This document shows positions 16,791 to 24,000 of a stretch of DNA of 24,000 nt, piece after piece. The notes under the pieces were generated by a model that made no database searches, was not told where the DNA came from, and saw only the letters and a list, made by a program, of their open reading frames with translations. The position numbers and the translations under genes were made by a program. Positions within the stretch are counted from its first letter, which is position 1, and each line of letters opens with the position of its first letter. The DNA comes from Candidatus Woesearchaeota archaeon. GTDB lineage: Archaea; Nanobdellota; Nanobdellia; Woesearchaeales; ARS49. The DNA lies in contig JAHWHZ010000001.1 of assembly GCA_019322895.1 (NCBI GenBank), forward strand, positions 246,845 through 270,844, in the 5' to 3' direction.

Positions 16791-18550
16791 TATCCTCTAC
16801 CTCTCTGCATATCATAAAGCATCTCAACTTCTTCTAATGTATTGATGTCACCCACTCCTCTATCTTCTCTTAATTTGACAAACCTTGGAAACCGCAGTGC
16901 AAATCCTGATTTATAAGTTGGGCTTGCTTGTATCTCTTCATAATCAACTTCAATGACTATCTCTGGTTTTACATGAACTATCTTTCCTTCTTCTTTTATG
17001 ATCAACGGTTTTAGCATCTCTGTCAATTGCCCGAAGCTCACTCCTTCTTCTGCTTTTTCTTTTATTCCTGTCCCCACTCTTCCAATCTCTAGTAATTCAT
17101 CTGTATCAGGATCTCGTATAGCAACAATAAAGCTGGCCAGCCATTCTGATCTCTTGCCTTCCCCATACTCCGCTCCAACAATGACTACTTCTAAAGTATC
17201 CATTGTCGGCTTTAATTTAACGCCGTAACCCACGCGAGACCCTGGCTTGTAAATTCCAGAAAGATTCTTTATCATGACTCCTTCATTTCCTGCGTCAAGT
17301 GATTTTTGATAGAATTCTTCTGCTTCTTTTTCATCTGAAGTGATGAGCTGCACAGCTGGTTTTATGCTCATTTCAACAGGCGTTACAATCTCTTCAACAA
17401 TCTTGCGCCTTTCAGAAAAAGGTGCCTTTATCATGTTTTCTCCATTAAAGTAAATCACATCAAAGACATCAAGCTCTACTGGAAATTTTTCAGCCATGGA
17501 GGCAATGTCATATTTTCTTTTGATTCTCTGCGAAATGTTCTGGAAGGCAGTGTATTTCTTTGACTTAACATCATAGCCAACTGCTTCTGAATCAATGATA
17601 AAAGAGTCTCCAGAAACATTCTCCTGAACAAATTTAACTACATCAGGAAATTGTTTTGTCACTTCATCCAGTCTGCGCGTAAATAACCAAATCTTCTCTT
17701 TGTGTTTATGTATCTGTAATCTAAATCCATCATACTTGTATTCAAATGCAGCGGGCTTACCGACTGTCTCAAAGGCTTCCGGCAAATTTTTGACTTTTTG
17801 ATAGAGCATCACTTTCACCGGCTTCCCTGGCTCCAGGTTTATTTCTTTCAGTCCAGACAGGCCTTTTTTTGCTTTCTTGACAACAAGTGCAAAATCATTT
17901 GCAATGTCGCAGGCTTCTTGCACTGCATCAGCATATGAATTATACTTTTCTCTGTCTTCCAGGACCAGCTTGTTGTTCTCTTGGTCATAAGTAAAATCTA
18001 TCTCTTTGCCGAAGAAAGCCCACACAATCGCATCTCTTATAGTTCCTGCTCCCAGTCCAACTCTCAAATCCTCAAGAACTGTTCTAATTATATACTTGGC
18101 CTCTTTTGGCTTTGCGCTTGTCAATAATTCAGCGATTAGTTTTACTTTCTTGTCAACTGTCCCTGCTCCTTCTATTGTTGCCTGTTTCTGCAGGTTTTCA
18201 AAGACCTTATCAGTTGTCAGCTCTTTAGCAAATAGTGTTGCTTGTTTTTTTCTTGAAATAAGATTTTCTGCTGTCTGTCCAAGATCTCCTGTTTTTTTCC
18301 AGTCTTTTTCTATCTCTGCAATATCAATCCCTGATGCAATGTTGATTGCTTTCAATAAAAGCCGTGCTGCCATGCCTATCTTTCTTTCATCCCATGCAGG
18401 AAACACTTTTCCCTGAACCAGCAGCATTACTGTATCAGTATCTTTATCTGAGACTATTTTCAGGAACTCTGAAAGATAGAAAGTCTTTTCCAGCCGTTTG
18501 GATGTCTGCTCTAGCTGCTCATACACCCCCACTAAATCCCAGTATTTCAT
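16790..18550 (-). CDS. lig: ATP-dependent DNA ligase
   Basis: AFEYKYDGFRLQIHKHKEKIWLFTRRLDEVTKQFPDVV (nucleotidyl-lysine motif), DVFDVIYFNGENM-type motif, EGVMIKNLSGIYKPGSRVGYGVKLKP, EVDYEEIQASPTYKSGFALRFPRFVKLREDR. Confidence 0.96.
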   Translation of the reverse strand: MKYWDLVGVYEQLEQTSKRLEKTFYLSEFLKIVSDKDTDTVMLLVQGKVFPAWDERKIGMAARLLLKAINIASGIDIAEIEKDWKKTGDLGQTAENLISRKKQATLFAKELTTDKVFENLQKQATIEGAGTVDKKVKLIAELLTSAKPKEAKYIIRTVLEDLRVGLGAGTIRDAIVWAFFGKEIDFTYDQENNKLVLEDREKYNSYADAVQEACDIANDFALVVKKAKKGLSGLKEINLEPGKPVKVMLYQKVKNLPEAFETVGKPAAFEYKYDGFRLQIHKHKEKIWLFTRRLDEVTKQFPDVVKFVQENVSGDSFIIDSEAVGYDVKSKKYTAFQNISQRIKRKYDIASMAEKFPVELDVFDVIYFNGENMIKAPFSERRKIVEEIVTPVEMSIKPAVQLITSDEKEAEEFYQKSLDAGNEGVMIKNLSGIYKPGSRVGYGVKLKPTMDTLEVVIVGAEYGEGKRSEWLASFIVAIRDPDTDELLEIGRVGTGIKEKAEEGVSFGQLTEMLKPLIIKEEGKIVHVKPEIVIEVDYEEIQASPTYKSGFALRFPRFVKLREDRGVGDINTLEEVEMLYDMQRGRG

Positions 18551-18592
18551 CGAAAAGAATATATATCAGGTCTGTTTAAAAAAGTTTCGAGG

Positions 18593-19225
18593 ATGGAAAC
18601 ATTAGATTGTATCACTTTAAGAAGAAGCGTCAGGAAATACAAGGATGTTCCTGTTGAGTTTGAAAAAATAGGCAATATTCTAAATGCTGCAAGACTGGCG
18701 CCAAGCGCAGGCAATGTGCAGGACTGGAGATTCATTCTTGTCACAAAAGAAGATGCAAGAAAAAAGATTGCAGAAGCCTGCCTTCACCAGCTCTGGATGC
18801 AGGATGCTCCAGTGCATATCGTAGCTGTTGGGCACCCAAAAAAAGTAGGAACTTTTTATGGTGAAAGAGGAGAGAAAGTTTATTGCAAGCATAATTGCGG
18901 CGCTGCAGTAGAGAATATTCTTTTGGCAGCAACTGCGCAGGGTCTTGGCTCTTGCTGGGTTGGTGCTTTTGAAGAAGCCATGCTCAGGAAAGCGCTGAAC
19001 ATCCCTGCAGATGCTGCTCCGCAGGCAGTTATCACAATCGGTTATGCTAAAGAAAAACCAAGGATGCCAAGAAAGTTCAAGCTTGAAAACATCACTTTTA
19101 TCGAGCAATATGGCAACAGGATCAAGGATATCTCAGCTTATTTTGGTTATTATTCAGAGCATGTTCAGAGGGCATTAAAGAAAGGCAAAGAGATGTTCAA
19201 GAAAGTTTTAGAGAAGAAAAAATAG
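18593..19225 (+). CDS. Nitroreductase family protein
   Basis: ITLRRSVRKYKDVPV, ARLAPSAGNVQDWRFILVT, NILLAATAQGLGSCWVGAF, ITIGYAKEKPRMPRK. Confidence 0.92.
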   Translation: METLDCITLRRSVRKYKDVPVEFEKIGNILNAARLAPSAGNVQDWRFILVTKEDARKKIAEACLHQLWMQDAPVHIVAVGHPKKVGTFYGERGEKVYCKHNCGAAVENILLAATAQGLGSCWVGAFEEAMLRKALNIPADAAPQAVITIGYAKEKPRMPRKFKLENITFIEQYGNRIKDISAYFGYYSEHVQRALKKGKEMFKKVLEKKK

Positions 19226-19465
19226 CAGTATAGTTTTTAAAATATATGTTGGACTATAAAAATATTTATATACTTCATTAATAAACAAAAGAAATATTAA
19301 TTTTAAACATGAGTTTTGGCGAACCCAGTTTAAAGTTAGCGTAAATATTTTGGCGAAATACTAATTTGGCGTTTAGTATTAGTTGAACGAATATGATTTC
19401 TCACAGATAAATTTGTTGGCGCAAACTTATCAAAACCCCTCGTTCTGGAGAAAATTAAACTCAAC

Positions 19466-19503
19466 CCACATATAAATATTTCGCAAGTCGAATGGATATG
19501 TGG
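19466..19503 (+). promoter_or_regulatory. Hairpin in the ftsZ leader
   Basis: Perfect 8-bp inverted repeat CCACATAT...ATATGTGG with inner ATT(T)CG...CGAAT pairing. Ends 44 nt before the ftsZ ATG (19548). Confidence 0.55.
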
Positions 19504-19547
19504 CAAAATATAGATTAAAAAACACAAAACCAAAAGGGGGGATATAA

Positions 19548-20615
19548 ATGGACGTAATATTAGAAAAAGCAAAACAAGCAGACATGAACCTAGACGGCCT
19601 GAAAGTAGGGCAGGCAAACATAAAAGTGATTGGTGCCGGGGGCGGCGGTAATAATATGGTTACCTGGCTCTATAAGAGAGGCATCAAAGGCGCAGAAATA
19701 ATTGCTTGCAACACAGACAAGCAGCATTTGAATGTTTCTGAAGCAGATAAAAAATTCATAATCGGCAAAGAATGCACCCGCGGACTGGGCTGCGGTGGCT
19801 TTCCTCAAAAAGGAGCAGAAGCTGCCCAAGAGAGCATTGCTGAACTAAAGACAGTGCTTAAGGGTGCAGATATGACTTTTGTTTGCGCGGGATTAGGAGG
19901 TGGAACTGGCACTGGTGCTGCACCAGTAATTGCCCAGCTTGCAAAAGACATGGGCTCTATTGTAATAGGTACAGTCACCATGCCGTTCAACATAGAACGC
20001 GCAAGGATTGAAAAAGCAGAATTCGGTCTTGAGCAATTAAGAAAATATTCTGACACTGTTATTGTTATTGACAATAACAGGCTGGTCACTATCGCAGGCA
20101 ACCTGCCGATACAGCAGGCATTTGCAGTAGCAAATGAATTGATTGCAACGATGATCAAGGGAATTGTCGAGACAATCGCAATGCCAAGCTTGGTAAATCT
20201 GGATTATGCAGACGTCAAGACAATAATGACAAATGGCGGCGTTGCTGCCATAGGTGTAGGAAGCTCTGACACAAACAACAGAGTAGAAGAAGCAGTCAAG
20301 GGCGCTTTGGAAAACCCTCTGCTTGATATAGAGTATGCTGGCGCAACAGGCGCATTGATACATATCAGCGGCGGACCTGACATGACTCTCGAGGAAATCA
20401 ATAAAGTAGGAGAGCTTGTCACAGAAAGCCTTGACGATGATGCCAATGTAATCTGGGGAGCAAGAGTAGGCGAAGAGATGAAAGGAAAGCTGATGGTGAT
20501 GACAATAATCACAGGCGTAAATTCACCTTGGATTATTGGAAAAGCCACTGAAACCAGCAAGGCTGCTGCAAAAGCAGAGCTTGAAGACGCATTAGGCATT
20601 GAAATCATAAACTGA
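19548..20615 (+). CDS. ftsZ: Cell division GTPase FtsZ
   Basis: KVIGAGGGGNNMV, FVCAGLGGGTGTGAAPVIAQLAK, MPFNIERARIEKAEFGLEQLR, VIVIDNNRL. Confidence 0.97.
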   Translation: MDVILEKAKQADMNLDGLKVGQANIKVIGAGGGGNNMVTWLYKRGIKGAEIIACNTDKQHLNVSEADKKFIIGKECTRGLGCGGFPQKGAEAAQESIAELKTVLKGADMTFVCAGLGGGTGTGAAPVIAQLAKDMGSIVIGTVTMPFNIERARIEKAEFGLEQLRKYSDTVIVIDNNRLVTIAGNLPIQQAFAVANELIATMIKGIVETIAMPSLVNLDYADVKTIMTNGGVAAIGVGSSDTNNRVEEAVKGALENPLLDIEYAGATGALIHISGGPDMTLEEINKVGELVTESLDDDANVIWGARVGEEMKGKLMVMTIITGVNSPWIIGKATETSKAAAKAELEDALGIEIIN

Positions 20616-20762
20616 TGTTCACCCCCTTTGGTCTTTGGTGAACAGGTCGCTTGACCTGAGTGTGTTTTTCTTTGCCTTCATTATACCACCCCCAATCAAG
20701 TTTAGTGAAGGCAAAAAACGCAATTTGCCCCCGCGAGCCACACGCGCGGGGGACATTTTTTT
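20616..20762 (+). promoter_or_regulatory. Hairpin array immediately 3' of ftsZ, ending in a GC-rich hairpin plus T-tract
   Basis: TGTTCACC/GGTGAACA (20616-20644); CAGGTC/GACCTG (20643-20658, 2-nt overlap, likely alternative); TTTGCCTTCA/TGAAGGCAAA (20671-20715); CCCCCGCG/CGCGGGGG (20728-20752) then ACA and TTTTTTT. Confidence 0.65.
20728..20762 (+). terminator. Intrinsic (rho-independent-like) terminator candidate
   Basis: 8-bp all-GC stem CCCCCGCG-N9-CGCGGGGG followed 3 nt later by seven T residues. Confidence 0.6.
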
Positions 20763-20843
20763 ACAATTTATTCAATTATTCAGATTAACAATTAAAAGAA
20801 TACTTCTTAAAGGGTTTTAAAAGGAGGGGGTTTTTATAGAAAG

Positions 20844-21797
20844 TTATTTTATTTTTTTTATTCCTGATTCAATTAGTATTGGTTTTCCTTCTGGTGTGTA
20901 AACTATTTGTTCAAATGTAAAGAAACATTTTGTTTTTGGGCACATTTTCTGCATGGTAGCTATGCCAAGCCACGCCTTTCCAGTTTGTTCACCTAATGTG
21001 AGGTCATATGTTCTTTTATCAGTATGGATTATGAAACTTTGGTTAGGTTTTTTGTTTGCTAAAATTGTTGTTAATTCTTGTGAAGATGTTATGGTTTCTC
21101 CATAATCTACTTTAATAATTACTTCCCCAGGAGTTATCCCTGCCATTTCTGCCGGCGAGTTTGGCTGAACTTGTATTATTTGAACTCCACACGGCTCTTG
21201 CGGGCAGGATTGCACAAATAAAGCGCTTAATAATGCAACAAAAAGAACAAAGTATATCATTCGGGCTATTCCATTAAGAAATATTAGATAAAGTATTGCA
21301 ATTAATACATCTCTTTTGTTTCTTTTAAAGCGTTTTTGGAATAAGTGTTTATAGATATTAACAGTTGAACATACAAGCAAATGTGTTGAATAAAAAGCAA
21401 CAAATACTCCTATTAGTGCAGTTACTATATAAAACAGACCATACAAGAAATTAATATTTAATATGCTTAATATATCTGAAAAATCTGTTTTTAGCTTAAA
21501 AACAGCCCACCATACAGTAGATATAGCAAACAAAATAAGGACTGCTATTAATCTATTTTTAGTAAATTTATGAAATTCTTTAGAGGTATATCTATAAATC
21601 AAATAATAGATAAAAATAAGTAATATGTAGAATACAAATGCGCCGATATGCCACATATTAGGGATTACTGCTGTTTTTATCGGAAGTAATGATCCTGCGA
21701 TATCCATGAAGCTAATTTTATGTTTAAGATATTTAAAGCTTTGGAAATTTAAAATATTCCCAATTCCTAAGAGAGATAAAACTATCTCAGAACCCAA
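20844..21797 (-). CDS. Integral membrane protein with C-terminal PDZ-like domain
   Basis: Several TM segments, then VQIIQVQPNSPAEMAGITPGEVIIKVDYGETITSSQELTTILANKKPNQSFIIHTDKRTYDLTLGE (PDZ). Confidence 0.75.
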   Translation of the reverse strand: MGSEIVLSLLGIGNILNFQSFKYLKHKISFMDIAGSLLPIKTAVIPNMWHIGAFVFYILLIFIYYLIYRYTSKEFHKFTKNRLIAVLILFAISTVWWAVFKLKTDFSDILSILNINFLYGLFYIVTALIGVFVAFYSTHLLVCSTVNIYKHLFQKRFKRNKRDVLIAILYLIFLNGIARMIYFVLFVALLSALFVQSCPQEPCGVQIIQVQPNSPAEMAGITPGEVIIKVDYGETITSSQELTTILANKKPNQSFIIHTDKRTYDLTLGEQTGKAWLGIATMQKMCPKTKCFFTFEQIVYTPEGKPILIESGIKKIK

Positions 21798-21829
21798 CCT
21801 TTTTAAACCCGGATTCTATTTAACATAAT

Positions 21830-22591
21830 ATGACACTATACTTCATAGGACTTGGATTAAATGACGAGAAAGACATCACAGTAAAAGGTCTTAATCTTGT
21901 CAAGAAAGCAGATGTTGTCTATCTAGATAACTACACTGCTGTCCTTAACTGTCCTGTCAGCTATCTTGAGAAGCAATATGAAAAGAAAATCATTCTTGCA
22001 GACAGGGATATGGTTGAGAAGAATCCTGAGAAAACAATATTAAAAGATGCAAAAGACAAGAATGTTGCTTTTCTTGTTGTCGGCGATCCTTTTGGAGCAA
22101 CAACACATATGGATTTGTTGATGCGTGCAAAAAAAGCAGGAATCAAGACTCAGATTGTCCATAATGCCTCAATAATCTCTGCTGTCGGAGTCACAGGATT
22201 GCAGGTTTACAAGTTTGGCAAGACAACAAGCATCCCGTTTCCTGAAAAAGGCTTTGAGCCAGAAACTCCTTATGATGCAATTAAAGAGAATCAAAAGATC
22301 TGCCTGCATACATTATTGCTTCTGGACTTAAGGCCTAAAGAAAACAAGTTCATGACAATCAATGATGCAATAAACACTCTCTTGAAGATTGAGCTCAAAA
22401 GAAACGAGAAAGTCTTTACAAGAGACACTTTCTGCATCGGTTGTGCAAAGATTGGCTCTCTTGACCAAAAAATTAAAGCAGGAAAAGCTTCTGAGTTAAT
22501 GAAAGCTGATTTTGGCCCTGGCCTGCACTGCCTGATTGTTCCAGGAAAGCTGCATTTTGCTGAGGAAGACGTTGTTAATCGGTTCTATTAA
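21830..22591 (+). CDS. dphB: Diphthine synthase
   Basis: MTLYFIGLGLNDEKDITVKGLNLVKKADVVYLDNYTA, VAFLVVGDPFGATTHMDLLMRAKKAGI, IISAVGVTGLQVYKFGKTTSIPFP. Confidence 0.96.
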   Translation: MTLYFIGLGLNDEKDITVKGLNLVKKADVVYLDNYTAVLNCPVSYLEKQYEKKIILADRDMVEKNPEKTILKDAKDKNVAFLVVGDPFGATTHMDLLMRAKKAGIKTQIVHNASIISAVGVTGLQVYKFGKTTSIPFPEKGFEPETPYDAIKENQKICLHTLLLLDLRPKENKFMTINDAINTLLKIELKRNEKVFTRDTFCIGCAKIGSLDQKIKAGKASELMKADFGPGLHCLIVPGKLHFAEEDVVNRFY

Positions 22592-23447
22592 ACTTTAAGC
22601 GATATAATCTTTTTCGAAAAAGCATCGCCTCTTTCTTATCTTTAAACGAATAGGATAATTTATTATTTTTTAAAAATCGCAGGAGTTTATTGCAAAGAAA
22701 TTTTTTAGTAAAACCTTTATTTACCGCGCCTTTATCTGAAATTTTAACGTTGGTAATGGGGCCCATAGCAGCAATTTTTTGAACATCTTTAATTTTAGAA
22801 ATTTCAATGCCTTGAAATATGCTCCAATTACGTTTATCCTGTTTTATTCTTGCGGATAAACCTAAGGATAAACATAATCTTCTCATATCTGAAACTACAG
22901 ACGGGTTTGTTTCAGCAATGCGAAATTCTGCTTCAAATTGTACTTGGTAGTATTGATACGTTTTATTTTTCTTTTTGTCTTTTTTTGACTTTAACTTAAA
23001 TGTATAACAAAGACTGCCGCCAAAATCAAATAAAATCCTTAAAGCAAGTTGTTTTATAATAACTGATTCATCTAATAAAAAAGACAAGGTAGGTTGCGGA
23101 TTCTTGAGGTATTCGGATTTAGTCTGCAGTCCGGGGGTGGTTTTATAAGTGGGAGATAATGTCAATAACTCTTCTAGAGCATTTGCTGAATGCAATGTAG
23201 AAACAATAATTTTTTTATTGTCGCGCAAATAAACATAAAGCTTAGGTGTTTTATTAAATAAAGCCACACACAAATATTTAAACAGTAAATGCTGTTGTTT
23301 ATTTCCAACTGTTAACAAGCGGATATATCTCTTTTTTGTATCCATGTATCCTTCAGCCAGAACAATAACTGCAAGTAATTTTAATTTCTGTACACGGCTC
23401 AACTTACTAAACTGTTTTAACATCATATTAAACAGCATACTGCTCAC
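22575..23447 (-). CDS. LAGLIDADG-like homing endonuclease family protein; actual start may be downstream
   Basis: Motif-1-like LKLLAVIVLAEGYMDTKK, second motif-like KQLALRILFDFGGSLCYTF, lysine-rich basic body. First frame codon is GTG; ATG options lie at 23438 and 23426/23423. Confidence 0.65.
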   Translation of the reverse strand: MSSMLFNMMLKQFSKLSRVQKLKLLAVIVLAEGYMDTKKRYIRLLTVGNKQQHLLFKYLCVALFNKTPKLYVYLRDNKKIIVSTLHSANALEELLTLSPTYKTTPGLQTKSEYLKNPQPTLSFLLDESVIIKQLALRILFDFGGSLCYTFKLKSKKDKKKNKTYQYYQVQFEAEFRIAETNPSVVSDMRRLCLSLGLSARIKQDKRNWSIFQGIEISKIKDVQKIAAMGPITNVKISDKGAVNKGFTKKFLCNKLLRFLKNNKLSYSFKDKKEAMLFRKRLYRLKFNRTD

Positions 23448-23462
23448 ACATATTTAAATTTT

Positions 23463-23475
23463 ACGGCGGTTCGAA
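23463..23475 (+). repeat. Partial copy of spliced tRNA-Gln T-arm sequence (ACGGCGGTTCGAA)
   Basis: Identical to the intact tRNA-Gln after removal of its 33-nt intron (23583-23589 joined to 23623-23628). Confidence 0.6.
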
Positions 23476-23536
23476 AATTTTCCGAAAAGCTTAAAAGATA
23501 CGGCCAGATTAGCCAATATTACGAGAATCAAGCAAC

Positions 23537-23642
23537 AGCCCTGTAGTGTAGTGGCCAATCATCGCGCACTTTGGATGCGTGGACGGCGGAAAAGACACAG
23601 ATTTGCTCTGTTCTTTGCCGATTTCGAATCCGCCCAGGGCTA
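23537..23642 (+). tRNA. tRNA-Gln(TTG) with a 33-nt intron at non-canonical position 53/54 (23590-23622)
   Basis: Acceptor AGCCCTG/CAGGGCT, anticodon arm GCGCA-CTTTGGA-TGCGT. The T-arm GGCGG-TTCGAAT-CCGCC is restored only by removing 23590-23622. BHB: CGGC/GCCG central helix, 3-nt bulges GG|A and AT|T, inner helix AAAGA/TCTTT. Confidence 0.88.
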
Positions 23643-23675
23643 TTGATTCTCTAATATAAAACTGATTAATAGTCT

Positions 23676-23691
23676 GAATCCGCCCGGGCTA
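23676..23691 (+). repeat. Second partial copy of the tRNA-Gln 3' end (GAATCCGCCCGGGCTA)
   Basis: Matches GAATCCGCCCAGGGCTA (23626-23642) with a single-base deletion. Confidence 0.7.
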
Positions 23692-23692
23692 T

Positions 23693-24000
23693 TTATTTTT
23701 CCAATTGACCGGTTATTCTTTTCAATTCTTTAATGCACTCAATCATATCATCATTGCAGACAGTGTATGAACACTCTGCCTGTTTTATCTGGTGTTCATA
23801 TTTAGAATCATAATAATCCTGCAGTAAAATCTTAGAGACTTCTTCATAATTTTTTTCATCCATTAATTTAAGCAGATCTTCAACAACTTTCTTGGTGAGG
23901 TACTGTTTTAGATAGACTATTATCTCTCTTATCTTGTCTTCTTCTCCATGTGTAAAATAATCTTTGACAATCTGTTTTGCTCTGTTTTCAATTGAACAAT
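23693..24000 (-). CDS. C-terminal portion of an unidentified protein, truncated by the window edge
   Basis: Hand translation from the window edge: CSIENRAKQIVKDYFTHGEEDKIREIIVYLKQYLTKKVVEDLLKLMDEKNYEEVSKILLQDYYDSKYEHQIKQAECSYTVCNDDMIECIKELKRITGQLEK*. The LLxxYYDxxY stretch faintly recalls the C-terminus of MnmH/SelU, which is not enough for a call. Confidence 0.6.
   Translation of the reverse strand, partial: CSIENRAKQIVKDYFTHGEEDKIREIIVYLKQYLTKKVVEDLLKLMDEKNYEEVSKILLQDYYDSKYEHQIKQAECSYTVCNDDMIECIKELKRITGQLEK

Noticed and set aside
63-23447. Many antisense ORFs of 60-120 aa in the ORF track (e.g. 335-640 -, 1562-2089 -, 13172-13522 -, 14049-14333 -, 15671-16045 -, 20204-20608 -)
   Set aside because: All lie opposite well-supported coding genes, have low-complexity or Ser/Phe/Leu-rich translations typical of antisense frames, and show no family motifs.
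1-24000. CRISPR arrays, insertion sequences, restriction-modification or toxin-antitoxin systems
   Set aside because: No regularly spaced repeats, transposase or integrase motifs, or recognisable defence proteins were seen. The ASCH-like protein at 16497-16790 alone does not support a toxin-antitoxin call.
23693-24000. Assignment of the edge ORF as tRNA 2-selenouridine synthase
   Set aside because: Only a short LLxxYYDxxY-like similarity at the C-terminus is visible and the catalytic regions lie outside the window, so it is left unnamed.

Overview
The window reads as one contig segment from a small-genome, AT-rich archaeon, probably a DPANN or Woesearchaeota-like lineage. That placement is inferred from gene content. 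Archaeal core genes include eL42/L44e, eS27, aIF2-alpha, Nop10, a PAC2 chaperone, GINS, enolase, an archaeal-type ATP-dependent DNA ligase, FtsZ and diphthine synthase. Four tRNA genes can be folded by hand and three carry introns: Asn with a 16-nt intron, Ile with about 77 nt, and Gln with a 33-nt intron at the non-canonical T-loop position 53/54. tRNA-Arg(GCG) has no intron. The main observations are: (1) a full-length bacterial-type sigma-70 factor (regions 1.1-like, 1.2, 2, 3 and 4.2) between a tRNA gene and archaeal genes; (2) the tRNA-Gln locus, with a T-loop intron bearing a good bulge-helix-bulge, flanked by two partial copies of its own 3' region and next to a LAGLIDADG-like gene; (3) a tandem set of four small, single-TM, cysteine-containing proteins plus a polytopic membrane protein, downstream of a severely truncated dph2; (4) inverted repeats on both sides of ftsZ, with possible 5'/3' leader-trailer complementarity and an intrinsic-terminator-like hairpin; (5) a 17-bp exact duplication of the tRNA-Arg 3' end enclosing three consecutive hairpins; (6) a Hel308/Ski2-like helicase lacking its first RecA domain; (7) a bacterial-type PlsX homologue. 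No CRISPR array or transposase was seen.
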